In this document: positions 1 through 11,100 of the stretch, in pieces
Position numbering within the stretch: position 1 is the stretch's first letter
How the letters are laid out: the number at the start of each line of letters is the position of its first letter
Sequence record: NC_009760.1
Strand: one strand, 5' to 3'
Length of the DNA stretch: 64,000 bases
Notes under the pieces: model-generated
Seen by the model: the letters and a program-made list of their open reading frames with translations, nothing else
The model's database searches: none
Told to the model about the DNA's origin: nothing
Made by a program: the position numbers and the translations under genes

Positions 1-46
1 TGCGATTGATAATGAACTGATTAACTTAGCCGGGATCCAAAACGCT

Positions 47-3000
47 ATGATAACAAATATCCAAACAAGTACCGTTGAAGGTATGTCGGATAACTATATC
101 GTTCGTATCACATGTCGTGAGTTTAATGCGAACCAAAAGAATGAGGAGCGCTTAAACGGTATCAACTACACAATGAAAGAATCCCTAAACAAATACGGAT
201 TCGTAGATGCGATACCAACGAAGACAAACCGTAAGAGCGAGATTGCATACGAAGCAGAGGTTATGAAAATCCTAAACGACTTAGAGCTATATCCTGACCT
301 TGAGTTACCTACATTCGAAGTAGCGAACAAAGCGGTAGCAGAAATCAATGCGTACCGTGAGAAGAGAGGTCAATCGAAGTTACCATACGATAAGCTCAAA
401 CAACCTGACAATGCGACGTGGTGTGACCCTGACTTCTATATGGCATATCCATCTACGAAGCAAGCCTATTCTCATATGCAGTTAGGAGATATGGGTGACA
501 AGATTATCAACCAACTTCGTAACGGATCCTATGATGAAATTAAAAACATGAGTAACGACGAAGGCTTTTGGAAAACAGCAGATGACATTCAGCAGTTATT
601 CACAAAAGGTGTTGTCGATAATTCATGGGATGCAGATGCAGACGGAAAACGTAAGTTACTCAAGAGTTCATCTGTCACATTTGAGAATGCCACAAAAGAC
701 TTCTTAGTGGATGCAGGACAAAGCTGGGGCGATGACAATAGTATTCCGGAAGACAAACAACTTGTTGAGATGATGACACATGACATGCTTAAATACAGTC
801 ACCGTGGTCGTATGACTCGTGCCTTCCCTTCTTACATGCTACTATTCGTAGATGAAGGACAATGGGTAGACGGCAAGCGATTATGGAATAACTATTATAC
901 CTATCATGCGATTCAGCAGATGGATATTATATCGGATAAAGAGAATCCAGTTGACCTTGCGTTTGTTACTTTATCAAACGTATACGGTACATTCGACTTC
1001 CAAGCGAAGATGAGTGACCCACGTAAGTATGCAAAAGAACCAATTGGATTACCGGGTCGTATCGGTGCATTAATCGACGACTTTAGTTTCACCGTTACCG
1101 CTAAAGTAATGGCAGAACGCTCGCAGTTAATGGAGCAAGTGAAACTGCGTGAAGGCGCACGAGTACATATGCGAATGGGTTATAGTGCAACAGCAGGTAA
1201 TATGCCGATTGTATTTAACGGTAAGATTGCTTCTGTTAATGAAGGGGAAGTTATTCAGATGCTATGTCAAGGCGACGGCGCAGAACTGATTAACCAATAC
1301 TACAGCACAGATCCAAAAGGTGATACGCCAAATGAACCGCACAATACATTCCAAGAGATGCTAACGAAACGTACAAGTAACTACTGGTTCACTGTATCAG
1401 AGGACTGGGAATTCGGTGACAACTATCTAAGTTACTACGGCATTGAACACTTTGGATTCGTAGAGAGTGAAGCAGGTGGTTTCTGGAAAGGTCTAGGCAA
1501 GAACTTCGAAATCCTAAAGAGCTTCCTAACGGACTCTGTACCGTTCTCTGCTTACGACATTATGAAGAACATCTATAAGGGTTCGAACTCACCAGTAACA
1601 GGACAGGAGACAGGATGGAGTCCATTTGACGGCGAGAAGAATATTAACATCGCTGCTTACAATAAGACGCCGTGGGATATTGGACAGATACTATCTATGT
1701 TCGTTCCGGAATTTATCTGCGCCCCTCATCATCACGGATTCCGTAGTACCTTGTTCTTCGGTATGCCACACTGGCCTGTGAAATATGAATACATTTTAAA
1801 AGACGGCAAAGAAGGAAACAGCTACACGGATTATCAAGAGAAGGTAAAACCATTCCAGCAGTTCCATATGATTACGTCGGGTAATGATATTATCGCCAAC
1901 AAAATACAGGCAAGCAGTGAGAAGTTAAAACACATTGCAGTCGGTATGTATAAGATGGGTAGCGGGCAAGATGCTGCTGAGTCCTATACAGTATGGGCGG
2001 ATAGAACGATCATTAAAGAACATCAAAAGATGATGCTTGTAGAAACTGGCGTATGGCAAGATTTACTTGGCCCCGACTTCTTATATACAGCGCTCGGTAA
2101 GTACGGATTAAAACCGGTACTCGAAGCGCCGGGTTCCTTACTATCTACAATCGGTGACTTATTAGAATCAGCACCGCTAGGAGATACAATGGATGATGTC
2201 GGTAAGAAGTTCCAAGAATGGGGCGAAGGATGGATTGAATGGTTAGATGCAGATAGTATTTTCACTCCTGGTCAAGTGCAAGCACGTACCGTTGCGATTG
2301 GTGCATTGCAACGTAAGTTCATGGAAATGTATCAGGGCGAACTTGTTATCCTCGGTGATCCATCTATTAAACCGTGGGACATCTTCTACTTAGACGATAC
2401 ACACATGCTGATGAACGGTACAGCGCAAGCAGGGAAAGTATCACACTCACTTAGTTTGCAGACAGGATTTACTACAGTTATCAAGCCGGACTTAATCACA
2501 AGTCGTACCGATGGTAAGGGAATGCGTACTGGTGTTATGAACGGACTCATCCTTATGGGTTCTGCACTTGCTGTTATTACATCACGTAAAATCCTTATGT
2601 CACGCTTCGTTAACTCGGTAGCGAGACTCGGATTAAAAGGTGCAATGAAAACAGGTAGTGGTGCAGGTAAGGTTGTATCAAAGTTCACACCAAAAGCTAT
2701 CAAGCAAGCAAGGGTAGCGAAGTGGGGTGCGAAACAACTGAAGGCTGGCGGTACGTTCCTAAAAGAAGGAAAGTATTTAACCAAAGGTCTGAACTTGTTA
2801 AAAGGTAATATCGTAACCCTCGTACTATTCGGTGCTGTATCAGAGTGGGTTGGCACTTGGTTCGAGAAGAATACGAAGTACAACAATATGATTTATATCT
2901 ATCCATTATGGAAGATGGGTGAGCCATTCGCCGCAGGTATCACTGGCGGAGCGCACATCATTCCGGGCTACATGGATAAACGATTCTCCGACCCTTACTC

Positions 3001-3979
3001 AACTGGCAAATTCGTTCAACCGAAAATGCAGTTCATAGATGAGAAAGGTAGGGAGAAAAAGAAGAAAGGTGGATCATCGGGTAGCGGTGGTTCCGGTGGC
3101 GGAGGAAGCAGTGCTTCTCGTAATGCTATCGTTGAGGGTGGTAAATCATATGAAGGGAAACTGAAATACGTATTCGGTGGTACAAACATCGAAGGCGGTA
3201 CAGGTGACTGTTCAGGATTTACAAGCCACGTATTCAAGAAGTTCGGTAACCTAAACATTGGTCGTACGACAGGTGAACAGGTAAAGAACGGTACGCAAGT
3301 TGAGAACGGAAAAGAGCAACCGGGTGACTTAATCTTCTTCAAGAATACATATAACAGTACACACATCTACGGTGTATCTCACGTTGGTATCGTTATTGGT
3401 GATAAGAAGATGGTTCACTTAGGAGATAGCGGTTGTCAAATCTCCGACTATACAACGAAATATTGGAAAGAGCATTTCCTTATGTTCCGTTCGTATATTA
3501 CTGACATGGGTTCTATCGAAGTCATTTCAGGCGGAGCGTTCCGTCATCCACTTGAACGTCGTACTTCTATTACATCAGGCTTCGGAATGCGTAAAGGCGG
3601 TATGCATAAAGGAACAGACTTAGCTCCACTCGGATATGCAGGTAAAGGGCAAGCACTTGAAACCAAAGTCTATGCCGTTGCAGATGGTAAGATTATAGAT
3701 ATGGGACTAAGTGATTCAATGGGTAACTATGTAATCCTTGCTACAGCAAATAAAGCAGGTGCGCCGCACGTTATTACGTACATGCACTTTAGACAACATG
3801 CTCCGGGCGTTTCAAAAGGTATGCAAGTGAAAGCCGGTACGTTCATTGGATACATGGGTACGACAGGTGAATCAACTGGTGTCCATCTTCACATTGAAGT
3901 CAATCCGGGAACGTCACGCAATAGGGAAGGAAGGATTGACCCTGTTCCGTGGTTCCAACAACAAGGGGTGCAGTTATAA
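47..3979 (+). CDS. Baseplate hub / tail-associated lysin with C-terminal NlpC/P60 and M23 peptidase domains (5'-truncated by the window edge)
   Basis: Frame is open from base 2; NlpC/P60 motifs GDCSGF, GDLIFF, SHVGI; M23 motifs HKGTD and HLHIEV; hub-like segment MGYSATAGNMPIVFNGKI; G/S linker before the hydrolases. Confidence 0.88.
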   Translation: MITNIQTSTVEGMSDNYIVRITCREFNANQKNEERLNGINYTMKESLNKYGFVDAIPTKTNRKSEIAYEAEVMKILNDLELYPDLELPTFEVANKAVAEINAYREKRGQSKLPYDKLKQPDNATWCDPDFYMAYPSTKQAYSHMQLGDMGDKIINQLRNGSYDEIKNMSNDEGFWKTADDIQQLFTKGVVDNSWDADADGKRKLLKSSSVTFENATKDFLVDAGQSWGDDNSIPEDKQLVEMMTHDMLKYSHRGRMTRAFPSYMLLFVDEGQWVDGKRLWNNYYTYHAIQQMDIISDKENPVDLAFVTLSNVYGTFDFQAKMSDPRKYAKEPIGLPGRIGALIDDFSFTVTAKVMAERSQLMEQVKLREGARVHMRMGYSATAGNMPIVFNGKIASVNEGEVIQMLCQGDGAELINQYYSTDPKGDTPNEPHNTFQEMLTKRTSNYWFTVSEDWEFGDNYLSYYGIEHFGFVESEAGGFWKGLGKNFEILKSFLTDSVPFSAYDIMKNIYKGSNSPVTGQETGWSPFDGEKNINIAAYNKTPWDIGQILSMFVPEFICAPHHHGFRSTLFFGMPHWPVKYEYILKDGKEGNSYTDYQEKVKPFQQFHMITSGNDIIANKIQASSEKLKHIAVGMYKMGSGQDAAESYTVWADRTIIKEHQKMMLVETGVWQDLLGPDFLYTALGKYGLKPVLEAPGSLLSTIGDLLESAPLGDTMDDVGKKFQEWGEGWIEWLDADSIFTPGQVQARTVAIGALQRKFMEMYQGELVILGDPSIKPWDIFYLDDTHMLMNGTAQAGKVSHSLSLQTGFTTVIKPDLITSRTDGKGMRTGVMNGLILMGSALAVITSRKILMSRFVNSVARLGLKGAMKTGSGAGKVVSKFTPKAIKQARVAKWGAKQLKAGGTFLKEGKYLTKGLNLLKGNIVTLVLFGAVSEWVGTWFEKNTKYNNMIYIYPLWKMGEPFAAGITGGAHIIPGYMDKRFSDPYSTGKFVQPKMQFIDEKGREKKKKGGSSGSGGSGGGGSSASRNAIVEGGKSYEGKLKYVFGGTNIEGGTGDCSGFTSHVFKKFGNLNIGRTTGEQVKNGTQVENGKEQPGDLIFFKNTYNSTHIYGVSHVGIVIGDKKMVHLGDSGCQISDYTTKYWKEHFLMFRSYITDMGSIEVISGGAFRHPLERRTSITSGFGMRKGGMHKGTDLAPLGYAGKGQALETKVYAVADGKIIDMGLSDSMGNYVILATANKAGAPHVITYMHFRQHAPGVSKGMQVKAGTFIGYMGTTGESTGVHLHIEVNPGTSRNREGRIDPVPWFQQQGVQL

Positions 3980-4362
3980 TGAATCCAGTACAACAAAAGA
4001 TATTTGAAAGTGTCGTATCCCCAGCCTTATCTCAAATGGCTGGGATGTGCATTGGTACGGTAACGGATTTCGTACCCGGTCATAACTTCGGGAGTGTCGT
4101 GTATTCGACTCCCGATAGTGCTGACCAAATTGAAAAACAAGGTGTACCATATATGAACGTCATTGGCGTAAAGACAATGTGTCCAATGCCGGGTGATGAT
4201 GTTCTGATTGGTTTTATCAATAATAGCTACAAGCAACCTGTCATACTTGGTATCATGGATAAAGAGTATGCGTTTCAAACAAGACCGTTATATCAATCTC
4301 ATTTTCGTAACGGTAGTAACATACCTGATTACTATTCTGAAAGAGAAGGAGAGAGTTGGTAA
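3979..4362 (+). CDS. Baseplate spike N-terminal OB-fold protein (gpV/gp5-like)
   Basis: CPMPGDDVLIGFINNSYKQPVILG matches the gpV/VgrG OB-fold signature; ATG 3979 overlaps the upstream stop (TAATG). Confidence 0.72.
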   Translation: MNPVQQKIFESVVSPALSQMAGMCIGTVTDFVPGHNFGSVVYSTPDSADQIEKQGVPYMNVIGVKTMCPMPGDDVLIGFINNSYKQPVILGIMDKEYAFQTRPLYQSHFRNGSNIPDYYSEREGESW

Positions 4363-4925
4363 TGTGGGTTGATCCATATGCAGTTAATAGACATCCGAGT
4401 AGATTCGGAGAGCATCATGATAAACAATTAGGTGTCGATATACAAGTTGATCCAATGGAAGAAGTCATGAGACGAGTGGAACATAAATTCCAGTATCGTC
4501 CTGAGGAGCAGGGGATATTCCATCCTCTGCTTCATCACGGTATGAAGCTACGAAATAATGGTGCAGTTGAAATCTTTACGAACGATGACACCGGTATTCG
4601 TATCGACAGAAACTCACAAAGCATTAACAACTTCGCCAACCATTATAAGAACCATGTTCACAATATGACGTCATGGCTGACGGGTTCCGAAGCATCTTAT
4701 ATTGAAGGTGAACGCAAGGTAAAGACAGGCGGGAAACATATCATCATATCCGGTGACACGATTGAAGTAACTGGTGCGAAAGATATGAACCTGAAAATTA
4801 GCGGAGATGTGAATGCAAACATATCCGGTCATGCTACAATAGAAGTTGAAAAAGACTTAACGCTTCATAGTAAACACCTAGAGGTAAAAGCAGATACCTA
4901 TCAAACGCCGTGGGGTAAGAAGTAG
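4362..4925 (+). CDS. Baseplate spike C-terminal beta-helix-like protein
   Basis: Short alternating beta repeats (IEVTGAKDMNLKISGDVNANISGHATIEVEKDLTL); TAATG-coupled to the OB-fold gene; RBS AAGGAG. Confidence 0.6.
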   Translation: MWVDPYAVNRHPSRFGEHHDKQLGVDIQVDPMEEVMRRVEHKFQYRPEEQGIFHPLLHHGMKLRNNGAVEIFTNDDTGIRIDRNSQSINNFANHYKNHVHNMTSWLTGSEASYIEGERKVKTGGKHIIISGDTIEVTGAKDMNLKISGDVNANISGHATIEVEKDLTLHSKHLEVKADTYQTPWGKK

Positions 4926-4934
4926 GAGGTACGT

Positions 4935-5360
4935 ATGGCTAGGAAAGATACGATTGATTTAGAACTTACGCCGGACGGTGACCTTGTACTTGACCGTAAA
5001 ACGAACGACATTGCTGTTGTACATAAACAACATTACATTGCGCAGTCGGCTCGTATTCGGATTCAAGTAACAGACCCCGAATGGCAGGATTACCAAGTAG
5101 ATCAAATCGGTGCGAACTTAGAAGATTTAATCGGGCTACCGAACACCCAAGAGACAGCGATTGAAGGAATCGAAAGAATCATATACACACTCACAAAAGA
5201 TGGCTTGCTAGACACAGAGGAGATTTATATCAAACCTGTACCAGTAAGTAAGTATGTGATTGCGTTCTATATATTCATTAAGATTCCGGACGTACCTGAA
5301 TCAATTGGGTTTGAAGTCCTGTTCAACCTAGCAACTGGGTTGGCAATAAGGAGTGTATAA
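4935..5360 (+). CDS. gp25-like baseplate wedge / sheath initiator protein
   Basis: DLELTPDGDLVL...IAQSARIRI...W...IGANLEDLIG pattern; position between spike and baseplate J; RBS AGGAGG. Confidence 0.75.
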   Translation: MARKDTIDLELTPDGDLVLDRKTNDIAVVHKQHYIAQSARIRIQVTDPEWQDYQVDQIGANLEDLIGLPNTQETAIEGIERIIYTLTKDGLLDTEEIYIKPVPVSKYVIAFYIFIKIPDVPESIGFEVLFNLATGLAIRSV

Positions 5361-5362
5361 CC

Positions 5363-6184
5363 ATGATTCTAATGCAAAAAGATTTAGAACAAATCATGCA
5401 AGAGACATTAGACGAGTTAAAAGGAATGAGTCTCGATGCAAATCCCGGTTCGGTGACACGCTTAATCTTGAACATCATGAACCAACAAATCAATGCGTTC
5501 TATGAAACGTTCACACTGAATCATGCACAAGCCTTTGTATCGAAAGCGAAGGGTTCGTTCCTTGACCAAATCGGTATGTTACTGAACTGTCAGCGATTAC
5601 CGGAAGAAGCACATGATGACGATGGCTATCGCTTCCGTATCACAAAGCAGATTCAAGTTGTAGCTTCTGCAAATGAAATGGCAGTACGACTGGCTGCACT
5701 ATCTGTAGATGGTGTGCAGGATGTGAAGATGAAACGATTCACACATGGCAGCGGTTCTTTTTCTGTCTATGTCGTTTCTGACAGTCCTATTACTCCTGAC
5801 TTCATTCTGCAAGCCGTACAACAAAAGATTGATGAGGTAGAATCATTCGGCGTACGAGGTGTTGTATTCCGACCTGAATTATTACCAGTCGATATGAGTG
5901 TTCGTTTAATCTTCAAGAAGACTGTCTCTGATCTTGAGCGTAAACTTGCTGTCGCAAAAGCACAAGAAACATTAAAGACTTACGTGAACAGCCGTAACGT
6001 TGGTGAGGCATTATCTGTCGCTCTTGTTGAAAGTGAATTAACAAACATTCATGAAGGCATTACGGACATCATCATCTATAACTTCAAGGTGAAGAATCGT
6101 CCGGCATTACCAGTCAATCAAACATGCGCATGGAATGAACGTTTCATCGAAAGCGATAAACCAAATGCCTTAATGGTAAGTTAG
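5363..6184 (+). CDS. Baseplate J-like wedge protein
   Basis: NPGSVTRL...AKGSFLDQIG...DDGYRFRI...SANEMAVRLAALSVDGVQDV...GSGSFSVYV is the typical baseplate J pattern. Confidence 0.8.
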   Translation: MILMQKDLEQIMQETLDELKGMSLDANPGSVTRLILNIMNQQINAFYETFTLNHAQAFVSKAKGSFLDQIGMLLNCQRLPEEAHDDDGYRFRITKQIQVVASANEMAVRLAALSVDGVQDVKMKRFTHGSGSFSVYVVSDSPITPDFILQAVQQKIDEVESFGVRGVVFRPELLPVDMSVRLIFKKTVSDLERKLAVAKAQETLKTYVNSRNVGEALSVALVESELTNIHEGITDIIIYNFKVKNRPALPVNQTCAWNERFIESDKPNALMVS

Positions 6185-6198
6185 GAGGTGAAAGCAGT

Positions 6199-6996
6199 AT
6201 GAAAGATACACAACTGGATACTCGGCAGATACAAGCATCACGAGATGGATTCAAGAGCTTGCACGAGCAACTTGAGTTCGGACGATTCAACTCGGTGAAA
6301 AGTGGTGCTGCTCCTACGATGTTTCAGGAGTTACAAGCAACAGATGGTCAGACTGTTTTCACACTTCCTAACGGAACGTTTACAGTAGGCGACCATAGTT
6401 TGCAGGTCTATGCAAACGGAATGCTAATGAGAGAGGGTAAAACAAATGACTACATCGAAATCGACAACCGAACAATCGAGTTCTTATTCCCGCTTACTAG
6501 TCGGGACATCATTGTGTTCCGTGTGGCAGGTGGCACAAGCGGCCCATCACTTAGTGAGCGACATCAAGCAGTGGCTAATCAAACCGATTTTAAATTGGCA
6601 GGTAGCTATTCAACAGGTAATGATTCACTCATCGTCTTCGTCAGCGGGGCATACCAAACGCTAGGTGAAGATTACATCGAGGTCGATGCGAAGACTGTTC
6701 GCTTCTTACAACCTTTAGAAGAAGGTGACCTTGTAACATTCCGTGTCGAAGGGTTGCCCGCAATCGAAAGTAAATATAAGAATGTTCATATCCATCGTCA
6801 GTATGATTCCAACAAGCAACTCATCAAAGAGGAAATCACTGGCGATGAACGTCTAAGTAAAGAATATATTTACGACGAAGAAGGTAAGCCGAAGATGATG
6901 ATTACAAAAGATAGCGGTTATACCATCACCAAGACATATGAGTGGGATGGATTCAACTGCATCAACATTAGCGAAACCGTGAAGGAGGGCGTGTAA
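6199..6996 (+). CDS. Tail/baseplate structural protein with two ~63-aa GQT.F modules and a YD-repeat-like C-terminus
   Basis: Internal duplication (ATDGQTVFTL...DYIEIDNRTIEF / AVANQTDFKL...DYIEVDAKTVRF); C-terminal QYDSNKQLIKE / YIYDEEGK. Confidence 0.65.
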   Translation: MKDTQLDTRQIQASRDGFKSLHEQLEFGRFNSVKSGAAPTMFQELQATDGQTVFTLPNGTFTVGDHSLQVYANGMLMREGKTNDYIEIDNRTIEFLFPLTSRDIIVFRVAGGTSGPSLSERHQAVANQTDFKLAGSYSTGNDSLIVFVSGAYQTLGEDYIEVDAKTVRFLQPLEEGDLVTFRVEGLPAIESKYKNVHIHRQYDSNKQLIKEEITGDERLSKEYIYDEEGKPKMMITKDSGYTITKTYEWDGFNCINISETVKEGV

Positions 6997-8147
6997 TGGC
7001 ACAAGTCTTAGATGAGTTTGTAATCAACTACACCCTCCAACGTATGCAAGGACAACACGAAGCACTAGATAAACATACTAAAGAATACGAGGAGAAAACA
7101 GATGATTCTATATTACGGGTATCTAATCGTGTGGGGGATCTTGAGCAAAACGGCGTGGATTATTCGTCCGATATTAAAGACTTATACAAAGCTATCCAGC
7201 TTATGCAAAAAGATTTACGGGAAACTAAAACGGAACTGAATAAGACGAAGCTCATTAACTTGAAGCAGGAGATTATCATCCGTACACTGAACAACCTGAA
7301 ATATTTTGAAGCACATGATATGTTTACCGATACATTCGCTGATGGGTCGGGCATAGATTGGGAGAATAGTTTACGAGCAGAACTCTTAAACGGACAACAA
7401 GCCGTAGGGGTAACGCAGAAGTCGATTATCTCTGCACAACAAACGTCGCAGAAATCAACTCTACTTATCTCGAAGAATGGTTCTAGTGACGAAGCACTTG
7501 CACAATCATTCGTCGTTGATAAAACTCGTAAGCTAGATAAACTCGGCTTATGGCTAGAGCCTTTCAGCGTAGAAACATTCCGTCCGATTCATATCGGTAT
7601 TACGGATGTACTCGGTGGTTCATGGCTTCATAGTGTGACACTTGAAGTTGACCAAGTAGCGTCAGACTGGATGGAGATTGACTTCCCTGAACTATTACTT
7701 GAAGGCGGTAAGGATTACTACATTGTCATTCGTACAGATGATATTTACGGATACAAAGTCGGTATTGATCCGGTTGATAAATATATTGCTGGTTCTTCTT
7801 ACAGCTATTACAAGAATGTATGGACGGATAACAATCATGACTTATCATTCAAAGTATGGTGCTTCCTTGCTGATGATGAGAATGATGCGATTATCCTAAC
7901 GTATCCAAAAACATTGCCAACACTTCCTGAGATGATTGTATTCGAGAAGGAAGATACATTGTTTGATGGTACAGCTAACTATTACATATCACGAGATGGC
8001 GGAGCGCACTGGAAGATACTTCATCCGGGAATTGAAACAGACCTGAATGATTTACCTGCCGGGAAAACCGTTATTCTAAAAGCAATTGTTACAAGCACGG
8101 CACGTATTGAAGCGTGGGGCTATGTAATCAAAAGGAGTGAGGCATAA
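6996..8147 (+). CDS. Tail/baseplate structural protein (coiled coil plus beta-sandwich)
   Basis: N-terminal heptads; FTDTFADGSGID and YYISRDGGAHW motifs shared with neighbouring virion genes. Confidence 0.6.
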   Translation: MAQVLDEFVINYTLQRMQGQHEALDKHTKEYEEKTDDSILRVSNRVGDLEQNGVDYSSDIKDLYKAIQLMQKDLRETKTELNKTKLINLKQEIIIRTLNNLKYFEAHDMFTDTFADGSGIDWENSLRAELLNGQQAVGVTQKSIISAQQTSQKSTLLISKNGSSDEALAQSFVVDKTRKLDKLGLWLEPFSVETFRPIHIGITDVLGGSWLHSVTLEVDQVASDWMEIDFPELLLEGGKDYYIVIRTDDIYGYKVGIDPVDKYIAGSSYSYYKNVWTDNNHDLSFKVWCFLADDENDAIILTYPKTLPTLPEMIVFEKEDTLFDGTANYYISRDGGAHWKILHPGIETDLNDLPAGKTVILKAIVTSTARIEAWGYVIKRSEA

Positions 8148-11100
8148 TGGTAACACGCTTAAATCAGACACGAGTTAAGGGTGGCGATCCGCAGTACGAG
8201 AATCTACAAGAAGAACTGCGTGCAAGAACCTTCGGTGGGGATTATAAAATCCCTATCGGCGGTATACCTCGTAGTGACTTATCTGATGATGTCAGAACTG
8301 CACTACAAAAGGGCGAGTCCGCCTACATGAAACCAGAGGGAGGGATTCCAAATGGCGACCTTGATGTAAACGTCCGTAACTCGTTAACCAAAGCGAGTAC
8401 GTCCTATCAAAAGCCGAGTTTAGGAATCCCTCTTGCTGATTTAACAGAAGACTTACAGAAGCGTTTAAGCGACTTCTCGAACTTCTATGTGTATCCGAAC
8501 GGTGGTATTCCATTAGTAGACTTTGATACACAAGTAAAAGATTTATTGTCAAAAGCAAAGACTGCGTATCAGAAACCTGCTGACGGCATTAGCACGAAGG
8601 ATTTACACAAAGATGTACTCGATACATTAGGAAAAGCGACGACGGCATATCAAAAGCCTGAGGGCGGTATTCCATTAACAGACATCGCTGTTCCACTTGT
8701 GCAAGCTGGTGAGCTAGAACCGATGGAAGAACATATGAAGGATGCGTCAAAACATATCACTGACCATACGAAGCTGCTTAACGTTGGTAAGAAAACGCAT
8801 GACGAGATTGATACGTCGATAGACAATATGCAGAACGACATGATTCTCTTACAAAAAGAGATGTCCGATGCCCGTGATACATTCGTATCGCTTGATGGTC
8901 GTTTCAATGCTTCGATTGGTCGTAATACATCTTATGAAGTAAAGACTTATAATGACTGGCGCATGGGTGGATTCACGGGACTACAACCAACAAAAGAAGA
9001 TCTCGTTGTATTTAACTATCCAGTCGAAACAGTCATGACGAGTATTCATGATATATCGGGTCAAGAAACATTGACTGCTGATAACAAAGTTGGTGACCTT
9101 GCATTTCTATCCTACTCCGGATTCAGACCGGGAAGCGAATGGATAGCGGGATACTCGACAAATGTCGGTGTAAAAGTAAAAGCATTTGTATATGCACCAA
9201 TCACTGGTGAGTATCAATTCTCCATGCAGTTTACAGGGCGTTGCCGTCTACAAGTTGCAGGTAAACTCTTATTTGATACAAGAGATACATCAACTCCAAT
9301 TGATGCTTACACTGGTAAAGGCTCTGTATTCCTAGAGGGTGGTAAGTTATATCCAATCGTCGGTGAGGGTTGGTATAAGAGTACGAATACGAGAGTGTTA
9401 ACATTGCAATGGAGTACACCTGCAATGGCTGGCTTTACAAACATTCCATTAGAGAATATGAATATGTCGGGCTACACAAACAAAGATGGTGTCTATGAAT
9501 CTCATGTTATTGATTTAAAAGATGCGCAGGTGAATATGTGGTATCTGCAAACGGTGATGCGAGATTACTTGCAGGAAGATGATGTTACATCTGAAATTTG
9601 TACGAGTGATGATGGGAATGTATTCTCTGAATGGGTTGCAACAGAAAGCAACGGAGAGATACGAGTACCGCCGAAGCAGTATATCAAAGTTCGTCACACG
9701 CTTCATAAACGTGATGGACAATATACACCGGCTCTAATTAGTTACTCTATCCGTATGATCTCGGCTCGCAACAATGAAATCATCAAGGAACTATCTGATG
9801 CTCGTGCTACATTTGATTCCTTGCAAAAGCGATTAGACAACATGGCGGAATCCATTCAGACAATTGCTGAACTGTATGACAACATGGATCAATCGTTTAT
9901 TCATCCGGAACAATTTGCGAGTGTAAGACTACTTGCGATTGAACTGAACTTACTACAAACCTATGTCCGTGAAGCAAGAGCGAAGGCAGACTTTGTGCCA
10001 ATCGTAAATGGCTTCGTTGACCCGTTTAAGAATGACAAAGGTATTGATAGAAGTAAGAGTGATGCATTCAATATTACAGCGAATGGATTAGTTCAAGTCG
10101 AAACCAAAATGGAAATGAAGACATCAAATGATTGGGCGCAATGGGACTTAGATAGACTGGATTTCGCAAAAGGTGAACTAACACTGGGTGCAAACTATGA
10201 TGCATATCCGGTTTATGAATCAAAGCTAAGTAATAGAAAGTATGACACATCCTATGATGTTGATTACGGAGATGGATATAAACTAGCGCAAGCCTTTTAT
10301 CCAAAGGATGAATCGCAGTTTATTAAATCCTTCACCTTCTACGGAAGCATGAACGGGTATAGTACGAATGTTAGTATGACAATCTATGAAGATGTGAATC
10401 GTGGCTATTCTCCGGGCGGTAACTCTATCTTTTATAAAAGTTATGTAGGAGGAACAGAAACATTTATACTGAATCATAAAATCAAACCGGGTGCAAAATA
10501 TTGGGTTGTCTTTGATTTACAAAGTGCAAGTTCCGGTACACGATTCTACTGTAGTAATCTTGCAAATGCTGACCCTCGATTAATCAGCGATAACCCGGAG
10601 AAAGCAATGTTAAAAGCATGGTTCCGACCATTCTCCGGAAGAGAAGTCTTTGAACCTGTCAATGCGTGCTTAAACTTTGAGATTGTAGAGACAATCGGTT
10701 ACGAGCCGGAAGGTAATGGCGAAAAGATTATCGACCACGGCAGACCTCTTACTTATGTAAAGTCAGAAGTAACAGCAGCCGATGTCAATGACGGAGCAGT
10801 CAATGTAACCTACCAAAGTTCAGATAATAAAATCGACTGGTCACCTGAGACAACGAAGATTGAAGAGTTACCGTCAAGCCGTTATCTCAAGATTAAGGTG
10901 AACATGAAAAAGAGTACGAAGAAGTACGGTACACCACGACTGCAAAACATTACGCTCTACACACTCAAAAAGAATGCAGAGATTGTGTCTGTACCACTTG
11001 AGATAGAGCGACTGCCGACTCATACAATACTGTCGGCATCTACAAGTCGTGACTCGGCTGTAACATATGCCGTATCTCGTGATGATGGTAAAACGTGGCT

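Noticed and set aside
2386-2886. Long antisense ORFs (also 31168-31692, 3016-3366, 35931-36353 and many others)
   Set aside because: They lie opposite well-supported genes, have no RBS or motifs, and are expected from codon bias
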